Positions 47,191 through 54,806 of a DNA stretch of 64,000 nucleotides are shown here, piece after piece. Under the pieces are notes generated by a model. The model saw only the letters and a program-made list of their open reading frames with translations. It had not been told where the DNA came from and made no database searches. The DNA is from Dehalococcoidia bacterium UBA5760. GTDB lineage: Bacteria; Chloroflexota; Dehalococcoidia; Dehalococcoidales; UBA5760. The stretch is from positions 21,891 through 85,890 of the forward strand of contig DIFA01000019.1 of the NCBI GenBank assembly GCA_002418895.1, written 5' to 3'. Position numbers and translations under genes: made by a program. Numbering within the stretch: the stretch's first letter is position 1; every line of letters starts with the position of its first letter.

Positions 47191-48570
47191 ATGAGTCTTA
47201 TTCGGAGCCGTTTTCGTAAAGCGGCCAATAAGCTGGTAGCAGAGTATACCGTCTCTACCCATTTTGATTGGCGATTGTACCGGCAGGATATTGCCGGCAG
47301 CATTGCTCATGCCAGGATGCTGGCCCACCAGCAGATAATCTCGGAAAGAGAGGCTGAGGCTATTACGGAAGGCCTTGATGCTATCCGGGAGGAGATAGAG
47401 CAAGGTAAATTCCAATTCAAGACCGAACTTGAAGATATTCATATGAATATTGAATCCCGTCTCATCGATAAGATAGGCGAAGTGGGCAGGAAACTGCACA
47501 CGGCCCGGTCCCGAAATGATCAGGTAGCCCTCGACCTGCGTCTCTTCACCAGGGAAAAACTCTCAGAGACCATGGAAAGCCTGAAGGGTTTGCAGCAGGC
47601 GATAGTAGGACTGGCCGAAGACAATAAGAGCATAGTGATGCCGGGGTATACTCATTTACAACCGGCGCAGCCGGTGTTGTTAGCGCATCACCTCCTGGCC
47701 TATTTTGAGATGCTTCAGCGGGACAACGACCGGTTTCGCGACTGTCTAAGGCGGGTTGATGTTATGCCTCTGGGGAGCGGCGCTGTCGCCGGCGTAACCT
47801 ATAATTTGGACCGTCATTTTTTAGCCCGTGAGCTGGGTTTCAGTCGGATAAGTCAGAACAGTATGGATGCTGTTTCGGACCGGGACTTTGTCCTGGACTA
47901 TGAATCAGCAGCCAGCCTCTGTATGATGCACCTTTCCCGTCTGGCGGAGGAAATTGTTCTGTGGTCCTCCCAGGAGTTTGGCTTCATCGAACTTGATGAG
48001 GCTTATGCTACCGGTTCGAGCATAATGCCGCAAAAGAAGAATCCGGATATTGCTGAACTGGCCAGAGGGAAGACGGGACGGGTGTATGGCCGGCTTACTG
48101 CCATGCTGGTTACTATGAAAGCACTGCCCCTGTCCTACAACAGGGACTTGCAGGAGGATAAGGAGGGGCTTTTCGATACTATCGATACGCTGCTATCCAC
48201 CCTTAAGGTATTTACCGGTATGATCAGTGCTATTAAGATCAGTACGAAAGATACCGAACGGGCACTTAAGCGTGGCTATATCCTGGCGACCGACCTGGCT
48301 GACTACCTGGTCAGGAAAGGGGAATCTTTCCGCTCGGCGCACGGTATAGTAGCCAGACTGGTGGGCTATGCAGAAAGAAAGGGTAAGTCCTTCAGTGAGC
48401 TTGACTTAAACGAATACAAGGAGTTTTCGCCACTGTTTGAAGAAGATGTCCGATCTATTAGCATAATGTCTTCGCTGAAAGCCAGAAATATCATCGGTGG
48501 TACCGCTCCGGCACAGGTAGAACAAGCACTAACCACAGCGAAAAAGATACTGAACGAGGCTGAGGATTGA
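47191..48570 (+). CDS. argH: argininosuccinate lyase
   Basis: Fumarate-lyase signature GSSIMPQKKNPD and TARSRNDQV. Confidence 0.92.
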   Translation: MSLIRSRFRKAANKLVAEYTVSTHFDWRLYRQDIAGSIAHARMLAHQQIISEREAEAITEGLDAIREEIEQGKFQFKTELEDIHMNIESRLIDKIGEVGRKLHTARSRNDQVALDLRLFTREKLSETMESLKGLQQAIVGLAEDNKSIVMPGYTHLQPAQPVLLAHHLLAYFEMLQRDNDRFRDCLRRVDVMPLGSGAVAGVTYNLDRHFLARELGFSRISQNSMDAVSDRDFVLDYESAASLCMMHLSRLAEEIVLWSSQEFGFIELDEAYATGSSIMPQKKNPDIAELARGKTGRVYGRLTAMLVTMKALPLSYNRDLQEDKEGLFDTIDTLLSTLKVFTGMISAIKISTKDTERALKRGYILATDLADYLVRKGESFRSAHGIVARLVGYAERKGKSFSELDLNEYKEFSPLFEEDVRSISIMSSLKARNIIGGTAPAQVEQALTTAKKILNEAED

Positions 48571-49250
48571 AAGACTTTTCTAAAGTCAAGCTTGCTCCGT
48601 CTATCCTCTCCGCCGATTTCGGCCGGCTTGGTGAACAGGTAGCCGAAGCCTCCGCTGCCGGGGCCGATTATATCCATGTTGACGTAATGGACGGGCACTT
48701 CGTACCTAATCTGACTATCGGTGCTCCGGTGGTAGCCGCTATCCGCCCCTGGACCAAACTCCCACTGGACGTTCATCTCATGATCGAGGCACCCGAGCGG
48801 CAGATTAAACACTTCGCCGACGCCGGAGCGGACATTATCACGGTTCACATCGAGACCTGCCCCCATATCCACAGTATCGTAGAAACAATCAAGGGGCTGG
48901 GGGTTAGGGCCGGGGTATCTCTTAATCCGGCTACACCACTGGATATGCTTGACGAAATTCTGCCCGAGCTCGACCTTGTCCTGGTGATGACAGTCAACCC
49001 CGGCTTCGGTGGACAGACCTTCATCAAGAGTACACTGGACAAGATAGCACGCTTGCGGAACGAGCTTGACCGTAGAGAATTGACGGCAGAACTGGAGGTG
49101 GATGGGGGTATCAATGTCGAGACAGCCCCAAGGGTAGTGAAAGCAGGGGCAGTGGTATTGGTAGCCGGAGCAGCAGTGTTTAACTCACCAGGAAAGATTA
49201 AAGAGTCCCTGGCAGCGATACGAACCAGCATCAACCAGAGCTCAATATGA
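48567..49250 (+). CDS. rpe: ribulose-phosphate 3-epimerase
   Basis: PSILSADF, HVDVMDGHFVPN, VMTVNPGFGGQ and VDGG motifs. TTG start overlapping the argH stop. Confidence 0.88.
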   Translation: MKDFSKVKLAPSILSADFGRLGEQVAEASAAGADYIHVDVMDGHFVPNLTIGAPVVAAIRPWTKLPLDVHLMIEAPERQIKHFADAGADIITVHIETCPHIHSIVETIKGLGVRAGVSLNPATPLDMLDEILPELDLVLVMTVNPGFGGQTFIKSTLDKIARLRNELDRRELTAELEVDGGINVETAPRVVKAGAVVLVAGAAVFNSPGKIKESLAAIRTSINQSSI

Positions 49251-49259
49251 GGCTTAGAT

Positions 49260-49333
49260 TGGCTGGGGAAGAAGGATTCGAACCTTCGCTCACGGATCCA
49301 GAGTCCGCTGTCCTACCACTAGACTATTCCCCA
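49260..49333 (-). tRNA. tRNA-Gln (anticodon CUG)
   Basis: The reverse strand starts TGGGGAATAGTCTAGTGGTAGGACAGCGGACTCTGGATCCG. The T arm is GAAGGTTCGAATCCTTC and the acceptor 3' strand is TTCCCCA, followed by G-CCA. It has a U1:A72 pair and anticodon loop CTCTGGA. Confidence 0.9.
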
Positions 49334-49343
49334 GCGTGCTAAA

Positions 49344-49372
49344 ATTATAGCGGCTGGAATGTGATAAGTCAA
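49344..49372 (-). promoter_or_regulatory. candidate promoter of tRNA-Gln
   Basis: The minus strand reads TTGACT, a 17-nt spacer, then TATAAT, ending about 10 nt before the mature tRNA 5' end. Confidence 0.55.
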
Positions 49373-49614
49373 AAATGAACAATCTGGGCTATTTAGGTTA
49401 TCTTGGATTCCTGGGTCTGCTCGGTGTGAAATTTCGTAACCCGAAGCTCTACCTCTTTTACGGGTTTTATGCTTTCTACCTTTTCTTTTTTCTCTAGGTA
49501 GAGAAATATGCCGAACGGAACCGGTGAGAGCCTGGACAACGAGAATTAGCTTGACATAATGATAGTTCATCTTTATGCAGAGTAAACGAATCCGCCAGAA
49601 AGGGGAGGGATATT

Positions 49615-50325
49615 TTGGCTGACCTAACCGCTCTGGAGAAAACCCTGGGCATTTCCTTTGATAACGCCCTATTCCTTAAGCAGGCACTGGTTCATAGCTC
49701 ATTTGTCAATGAAAACCCCGCACGGGCACCAAAATCTAACGAGAGACCGGAATTTCTCGGCGATGCCATCCTGGGGCTGATAATCGCCGAGAAGCTGTAC
49801 CGGAGCGTCCCTGACGCCAGCGAAGGTGAATTGACCGACCTTCGCGCCGCACTGGTTAGAGGAGATACCCTGGCGCGGGTAGCCAGGGCCATCGGGATTG
49901 GGGACCACCTCCAACTGGGAAGAGGAGAAGAAGCAAACGGGGGAAGAGACAAGACAACCAACCTCGCCGGAGCACTGGAAGCAGTAATAGCAGCTGTCTT
50001 CCTTGACCAGGGTTTCGCCGCCGCCCGAGAATGCACGCTTAGATTGTTTCAAACAGAACTGCATAGAGTGATCAACCAGGGTATTGAAATCAACTATAAG
50101 TCACGGCTCCAAAAATTCATCCAGGAGAGAGGAGGCGAGACGCCTGTCTACTATGTTACCAGGACAGAGGGACCAGCCCACAACCATAGCTTCACCGTCG
50201 AGGTACGAAGCGGCAACGCTATCCTGAGCAACGGCACCGGCAAAAGCAAGAAGCTGGCCGAAACCGAGGCAGCCCGTTACGCGCTTGATAAACTGCTCGG
50301 CCAATCGCCGCCACAATCCACTTAG
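49615..50325 (+). CDS. rnc: ribonuclease III
   Basis: ERPEFLGDAIL RNase III signature and a C-terminal dsRBD. TTG start 5 nt after GGGAGGG. Confidence 0.9.
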   Translation: MADLTALEKTLGISFDNALFLKQALVHSSFVNENPARAPKSNERPEFLGDAILGLIIAEKLYRSVPDASEGELTDLRAALVRGDTLARVARAIGIGDHLQLGRGEEANGGRDKTTNLAGALEAVIAAVFLDQGFAAARECTLRLFQTELHRVINQGIEINYKSRLQKFIQERGGETPVYYVTRTEGPAHNHSFTVEVRSGNAILSNGTGKSKKLAETEAARYALDKLLGQSPPQST

Positions 50326-50422
50326 CTCGGGCAAACTCCAGACACTTTACACAATGGCCTCCCTTTGCTAAACTTCAATGCAAGGAGCATATCCTGTCTA
50401 ATACTCAAACAGAGGTGCTGCT

Positions 50423-50566
50423 ATGGGAAAACGAGACTACCGACAAAGGGAACCTAAAAAAGCCAAGAAGGAGCCCAGGAAGATACTGGCTGACAGCGAG
50501 GTACTACCGGCTTCAACAGTAGTGGAAGTAATCAAAAAGGGAAAGAAAGAGGAGGCGGAGGAATAG
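50423..50566 (+). CDS. candidate 47-aa Lys/Glu-rich small protein
   Basis: Below the track cutoff. AGAGGTG lies 5 nt before the ATG. My translation is MGKRDYRQREPKKAKKEPRKILADSEVLPASTVVEVIKKGKKEEAEE. I recognise no family. Confidence 0.3.
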   Translation: MGKRDYRQREPKKAKKEPRKILADSEVLPASTVVEVIKKGKKEEAEE

Positions 50567-50659
50567 TAGATACGGATTCCATAGCCGGCATCCCAGCCAA
50601 ACTGATAGCATACCCTCGGGCATCAGGTCTACCGGATCCTGTTAGAAAGTGGGAAGCAA

Positions 50660-50947
50660 ATGGTCAGCGATTTAGCCTCGGTCCAGGTGACTGTATATGG
50701 CCATGTCCAGGGTGTCTTCTTCCGTGACTTTACTTTAAGGTGTGCGGTAGAACTGGAACTTACCGGCTATGTGCGTAACCTGCCCCAACATGCCGGGGTA
50801 GAAGTCATAGCGGAAGGAGAAAAAGACCATCTGGAAAAGCTGGTCAGCCGGCTTGAGATAGGGCCACCGGCAGCAAGAGTAACCGAAATAGTCACCAGAT
50901 GGTCATCTTATGCCGGGGTTTACCCGAGCTTTAGCATCAAACACTAG
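50660..50947 (+). CDS. acyP: acylphosphatase
   Basis: 95 aa with the VYGHVQGVFFR and TGYVRN signatures. Confidence 0.85.
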   Translation: MVSDLASVQVTVYGHVQGVFFRDFTLRCAVELELTGYVRNLPQHAGVEVIAEGEKDHLEKLVSRLEIGPPAARVTEIVTRWSSYAGVYPSFSIKH

Positions 50948-50957
50948 CCAGAAACCA

Positions 50958-51689
50958 TCAGGACTCGAACCCCACTTTAGCTACCTTAATCAAATCGAGG
51001 TACTCTGTGCGAATCCCGCCCATCTCAGAGGCTTCAACATCAACCTCATAGGGCTCACCGACAAATATCTTACCGAAGTCTTCAATATCACCTTTAGTGG
51101 GATCATCTCCACTGACAAACTTCTGACTGGCCTCGATAATACCCAGGTCGAATGGTAGGGTAAAATAGAGGTCAGTCAATACTCTGTCGATCCCCAGCTC
51201 ATACAGATCCGGCCATCCCCCCAACTCTCCACCACCATACTTGGTACTGGGCAGCAATGACAGCAGGTTGGCCAGACTGAGAACACCGCTTCCATGAGTA
51301 ACCCTTAACGGCGCAACCGTTATCAGATAGTCACTGGACAGGATGACATTAGGTATCCAGAAGGTCGGTACTGCCAGAGGCTTAGGCAAAGGATTGTCCA
51401 CCTCAACCCAGATACAGTCCTTGACATCCAGCATTATGACACGAGGAAACTTGTAGCCCAGATCATGGTATACCGGCTTGACCGCTGCCCCTCCCGGCAA
51501 ACCTTCCAGCAGCAGGATATCAGCCTGACTAACCCGTCTAATGCCATCTATTATCACCGACAGTATCTCCCGGCTGGTGGTTACCGGATATGGTCTTGAA
51601 TAGCCGGCACTGGGTTTAATCAAAACACGCCTCGCCCTGGATACCACCGGCGGTGGTTCAAAAACAAACTCGGAATCCTTAACTATCAA
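50958..51689 (-). CDS. DUF362 domain protein
   Basis: 243 aa. The RVLIKPS... N-terminal pattern and overall layout resemble DUF362. The call comes from recalled patterns only. Confidence 0.6.
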   Translation of the reverse strand: MIVKDSEFVFEPPPVVSRARRVLIKPSAGYSRPYPVTTSREILSVIIDGIRRVSQADILLLEGLPGGAAVKPVYHDLGYKFPRVIMLDVKDCIWVEVDNPLPKPLAVPTFWIPNVILSSDYLITVAPLRVTHGSGVLSLANLLSLLPSTKYGGGELGGWPDLYELGIDRVLTDLYFTLPFDLGIIEASQKFVSGDDPTKGDIEDFGKIFVGEPYEVDVEASEMGGIRTEYLDLIKVAKVGFES

Positions 51690-51692
51690 TGC

Positions 51693-52949
51693 TTACTCCC
51701 TCTCCCAGTCAAGCATCAACACCTTTACGGTATCACCCGCCGACACCCCCGGCCTGTCCTCAGGAACAATCGCCAGTCCGTTAGCTAAACTCATAGAGCT
51801 CAGAATCCCCGAGCCCTGAGGGCCGGTTAGACTGGCAAAGTATTGACCGTCACGTTCTTCTACCACAACCCGAACGTAGATACGCCGACCATCATCATTA
51901 ACTACGGAATCCCTGATCACCGCTTGAACACTGGGTTTAGTCAAATTCTGCTTACCCATCATCTTCAGAATGGCAGGGCGTACAAACAGCTCGAAAGTAA
52001 CCATGACGCTGACCGGATTTCCAGGTAAGCCAAGATGAGGTATTTTCTCCACCGCACCGGTACTCCCAACCACATTAATCATACCGAAGGCAAGCGGCTT
52101 ACCCGGCTTCATTCTAACTGTCCAGAAGGCAATCTCGCCCTGTTTGACTAAGACATCTTTAACGACATCATAATCCCCCAGAGAGACACCGCCGCTGGTT
52201 ATCAGCATGTCAGCTTCCAGTATATTGCGAAGGCTGGCCACTACCGAATCCTCACTATCACGAGCTATACCCAGCATCTTAGGAATCCCCCCGTAACGAC
52301 GCACCAAAGCTGCCAGACTATAACTATTACTATTGTATATTCTACCAGCGGGTAGAGGCTCGCTAACGTCCACCAGCTCATCGCCGGTAGCTAGAATAGC
52401 CACCTCGGGGCGGCGGATAACCTTGACCGTACTACACCCCAGGGAAGCCAGGACGCCAACCTCCGGCGGTCTGATTACCAGCCCTCTGCTTAATACCTTT
52501 GCCCCCCGGCGAACATCCTCGCCCGACCGGCGAATATCCGATCCGGCCTCAACCTCTTTAAGAATACCTATCTCATCGGTAGATCCGGCTCTTAAAGCCT
52601 CATCGGTATCCTCAAACCTGACGATACTGTCGGCACCTTCGGGCACCGGGGCGCCGGTCATAATACGGATAGCGGTATCCTCCTCAAGTCTGCACCCGGG
52701 GATATCACCGGCCGCCAACGTATCGATAACACGCAAAAACCGCGGCGTTTGCCCGCTGGCCCCTTTGCTGTCCTCAGATCTGACCGCATAACCATCCATA
52801 GCCGAGTTATCCCGCGGCGGGATGTTAATACCGGAATAAATGTCCTCGGCCAGAACCTGGCCCAAGCAGTCCAGAATGGGCCGCTCCTCCACGCCGAGCA
52901 CATCGACATAACCAAGGACCTTATCCAGCGCTTCTTCAACGCTTATCAT
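51693..52949 (-). CDS. moeA: molybdopterin molybdenumtransferase
   Basis: 418 aa starting MISVEEALDKVL, with PPRDNSAMDGYAV, TTGAPVP-like (MTGAPVP) and SGGVSLGDYD motifs. Confidence 0.9.
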   Translation of the reverse strand: MISVEEALDKVLGYVDVLGVEERPILDCLGQVLAEDIYSGINIPPRDNSAMDGYAVRSEDSKGASGQTPRFLRVIDTLAAGDIPGCRLEEDTAIRIMTGAPVPEGADSIVRFEDTDEALRAGSTDEIGILKEVEAGSDIRRSGEDVRRGAKVLSRGLVIRPPEVGVLASLGCSTVKVIRRPEVAILATGDELVDVSEPLPAGRIYNSNSYSLAALVRRYGGIPKMLGIARDSEDSVVASLRNILEADMLITSGGVSLGDYDVVKDVLVKQGEIAFWTVRMKPGKPLAFGMINVVGSTGAVEKIPHLGLPGNPVSVMVTFELFVRPAILKMMGKQNLTKPSVQAVIRDSVVNDDGRRIYVRVVVEERDGQYFASLTGPQGSGILSSMSLANGLAIVPEDRPGVSAGDTVKVLMLDWERE

Positions 52950-53166
52950 AGCTTATTCACCAAACCTCCCGGTAAATGCCCCCCAACTTCCCGGTAGTAA
53001 ATTAGACAAACTCAGGCACATAGCATAAAACCTCAGGTGTTCTTGCTCAACCAACCTTACCCTGAGATCACCGGGGAAAGCTCCCGATCGATATACATCT
53101 ATTTTACCACGGTGGTCAATAGCCCTTAAGCATGATCGGCTGATACCAGTTGGGGAGATAGATAAT

Positions 53167-53195
53167 GCCCCTCTCCTGATAAAAAGAAAAGGGGC
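53167..53195 (-). terminator. hairpin downstream of rpsR (possible operon terminator)
   Basis: The minus strand reads GCCCCTTTTC-TTTTTATCA-GGAGAGGGGC. This is a 10-bp stem including G-U pairs, followed by a weak AT-rich tail. Confidence 0.4.
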
Positions 53196-53279
53196 ACGAA
53201 GGACCGAGAATCTATGATAGCCTATCAACCGAAGTTAAAGACTGATTGCCCTCGCCACAAACCTGATAAGAGCCAATAC

Positions 53280-53576
53280 CTAACCGGTAACATGATGAAC
53301 ATGGGCTGGTACGTAGGGCAGAAGGGCCAGGTGTCTCGCTCTTTTAATAGCTATCGCCAGAGTCCGCTGATGCCTGGCGCAAACACCGGTCTTACGCCGC
53401 GGCGTAATTTTCCCTCTGTCGGTAATAAACTGCTGCAGCTTTGACGGGTTCTTATAATCGATTGTTTTAGCCTTAGCGACGCAGAATGAACAGACCTTTC
53501 GCTTGGGTGCAAATTTCGACCCGCTCCACTTTCGTCTCTCCCCACTATCGAATCTATTAAATTGTCGTTCGGCCAC
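53280..53576 (-). CDS. rpsR: 30S ribosomal protein S18
   Basis: [53 protein letters not shown] is typical of S18. GTG start. Confidence 0.9.
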   Translation of the reverse strand: MAERQFNRFDSGERRKWSGSKFAPKRKVCSFCVAKAKTIDYKNPSKLQQFITDRGKITPRRKTGVCARHQRTLAIAIKRARHLALLPYVPAHVHHVTG

Positions 53577-53608
53577 TACCTATAAATTCCTCTCTAACTA
53601 TTTTCCCA

Positions 53609-54016
53609 TTAAAACGGAATATCTTCCGGGCTGACGTCATCGCCTTCAATACCACTCATTCCCTCCTCGGGAAGAGAGGCTGCCGCTACACTGGGTAAGA
53701 ATGTTACGTGGTCAGCCACAATTTCATTGCGGAAACGCTTTTCGCCATCCTGACTATCCCAGGTGCGTGTGCGCAACCTTCCCTCAACATAGATCAGCCT
53801 TCCTTTAGCCAGGAACTGATTACACTGCTCCGCCAGCTTGTTCCAGGCGACCACAGTGAACCACTCCGTCTCCTCCCTGCGTTCACCTTGACTGGTAGTA
53901 TATCTCCAATTAGTCGCAACACGAAATGAAGTCACCGGATTGCCGTTCGGGGTAAAGCGCATCTCAGGTTCGCTGCCAAGATTACCAATGATTATCATTT
54001 TGTTTACGCTCGCCAT
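53609..54016 (-). CDS. ssb: single-stranded DNA-binding protein
   Basis: Starts MASVNKMIIIGNLGSEPEMRF with an OB fold and an acidic C-terminal tail ending DIPF. I chose the start at ATG 54016. Confidence 0.9.
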   Translation of the reverse strand: MASVNKMIIIGNLGSEPEMRFTPNGNPVTSFRVATNWRYTTSQGERREETEWFTVVAWNKLAEQCNQFLAKGRLIYVEGRLRTRTWDSQDGEKRFRNEIVADHVTFLPSVAAASLPEEGMSGIEGDDVSPEDIPF

Positions 54017-54071
54017 TCCCTCAATACTCCTTTCCCTCTCCAGATCCTTCGAATACAGATCCACCCGATAT

Positions 54072-54410
54072 TTAGTCGCCAGACCTTATCAGCAGATATC
54101 TCAACACATCCTCGGAAATCTGCAGGCTGGCTTCCAACTGTTTGCACAATGAAGGCTTAGACTCAAACCTGCTCAGTACATAGTTGCCTTCCGTAAAGCT
54201 TCTTATCGGGTAGGCCAGCCTCCGTTTGCCCCAGTGTTCCACGGAAGCAATAACGCCGCCCCTTTCCGTGATAAATCTGCTTACCTCGTCGACTTTGGCT
54301 TCTAACTGCTCGTCGGCAACCTCCGGGCTGATAACCATTACTAACTCGTAGCCGCGCTGTGGTATGTCTTCTGTCGCTAAAACCTTTTCCGCTATTTTCT
54401 TAACTGCCAT
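54072..54410 (-). CDS. rpsF: 30S ribosomal protein S6
   Basis: 112 aa with YELVMVISP...WGKRRLAYPI, typical of S6. It is preceded by an extended -10 (TGATATAAT). Confidence 0.9.
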   Translation of the reverse strand: MAVKKIAEKVLATEDIPQRGYELVMVISPEVADEQLEAKVDEVSRFITERGGVIASVEHWGKRRLAYPIRSFTEGNYVLSRFESKPSLCKQLEASLQISEDVLRYLLIRSGD

Positions 54411-54491
54411 TTATTCCCCAAAAAATTTAGTAAGCTATTATATCATACAACAGACTGGACAAACAATACGTATCAAAACACGCTGGCCAGC

Positions 54492-54520
54492 TTGACACAA
54501 CACACCGGTATTGATAGACT
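54492..54520 (+). promoter_or_regulatory. candidate promoter of tRNA-Asp
   Basis: TTGACA, a 17-nt spacer, then TAGACT, about 20 nt before the tRNA 5' end. Confidence 0.5.
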
Positions 54521-54539
54521 TTAGCAGGTAATCTGCAAT

Positions 54540-54616
54540 GGCCCCGTGGTGTAGCGGTCTAACATGCCACCCTGTCACGGTGGAGATCGGGGGTTCGAAT
54601 CCCCCCGGGGTCGCCA
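54540..54616 (+). tRNA. tRNA-Asp (anticodon GUC)
   Basis: GGCCCCG/CGGGGTC acceptor stem. The anticodon stem-loop is CCACC-CTGTCAC-GGTGG and the T arm is GGGGGTTCGAATCCCCC. G-CCA is encoded at the 3' end. Confidence 0.9.
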
Positions 54617-54806
54617 TTTAGTTATGTGGAGTACATGTTGCCCCCAATACTTCCAGTCCTCCGCAAGGCTCCTTCCCCATAACATTTCAAGCGATTCCCT
54701 CGAAACAGGTTGACGTATAACCTGGCACGCGTTATGATTCTTTCCGGAAAAGCGTCCCAGGCTACAGTTTATTCTTATTACAGTTACGGCCCGGGAATAG
54801 AGAAGG

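Noticed and set aside
49319-49570. 83-aa minus-strand ORF
   Set aside because: Its 3' end overlaps tRNA-Gln (49260-49333) and its body runs through the tRNA promoter. It has no SD and no motif.
52953-53228. 91-aa minus-strand ORF between rpsR and moeA
   Set aside because: It spans the putative rpsR terminator hairpin and the moeA promoter and leader. It has no SD. The region is better explained as regulatory RNA.
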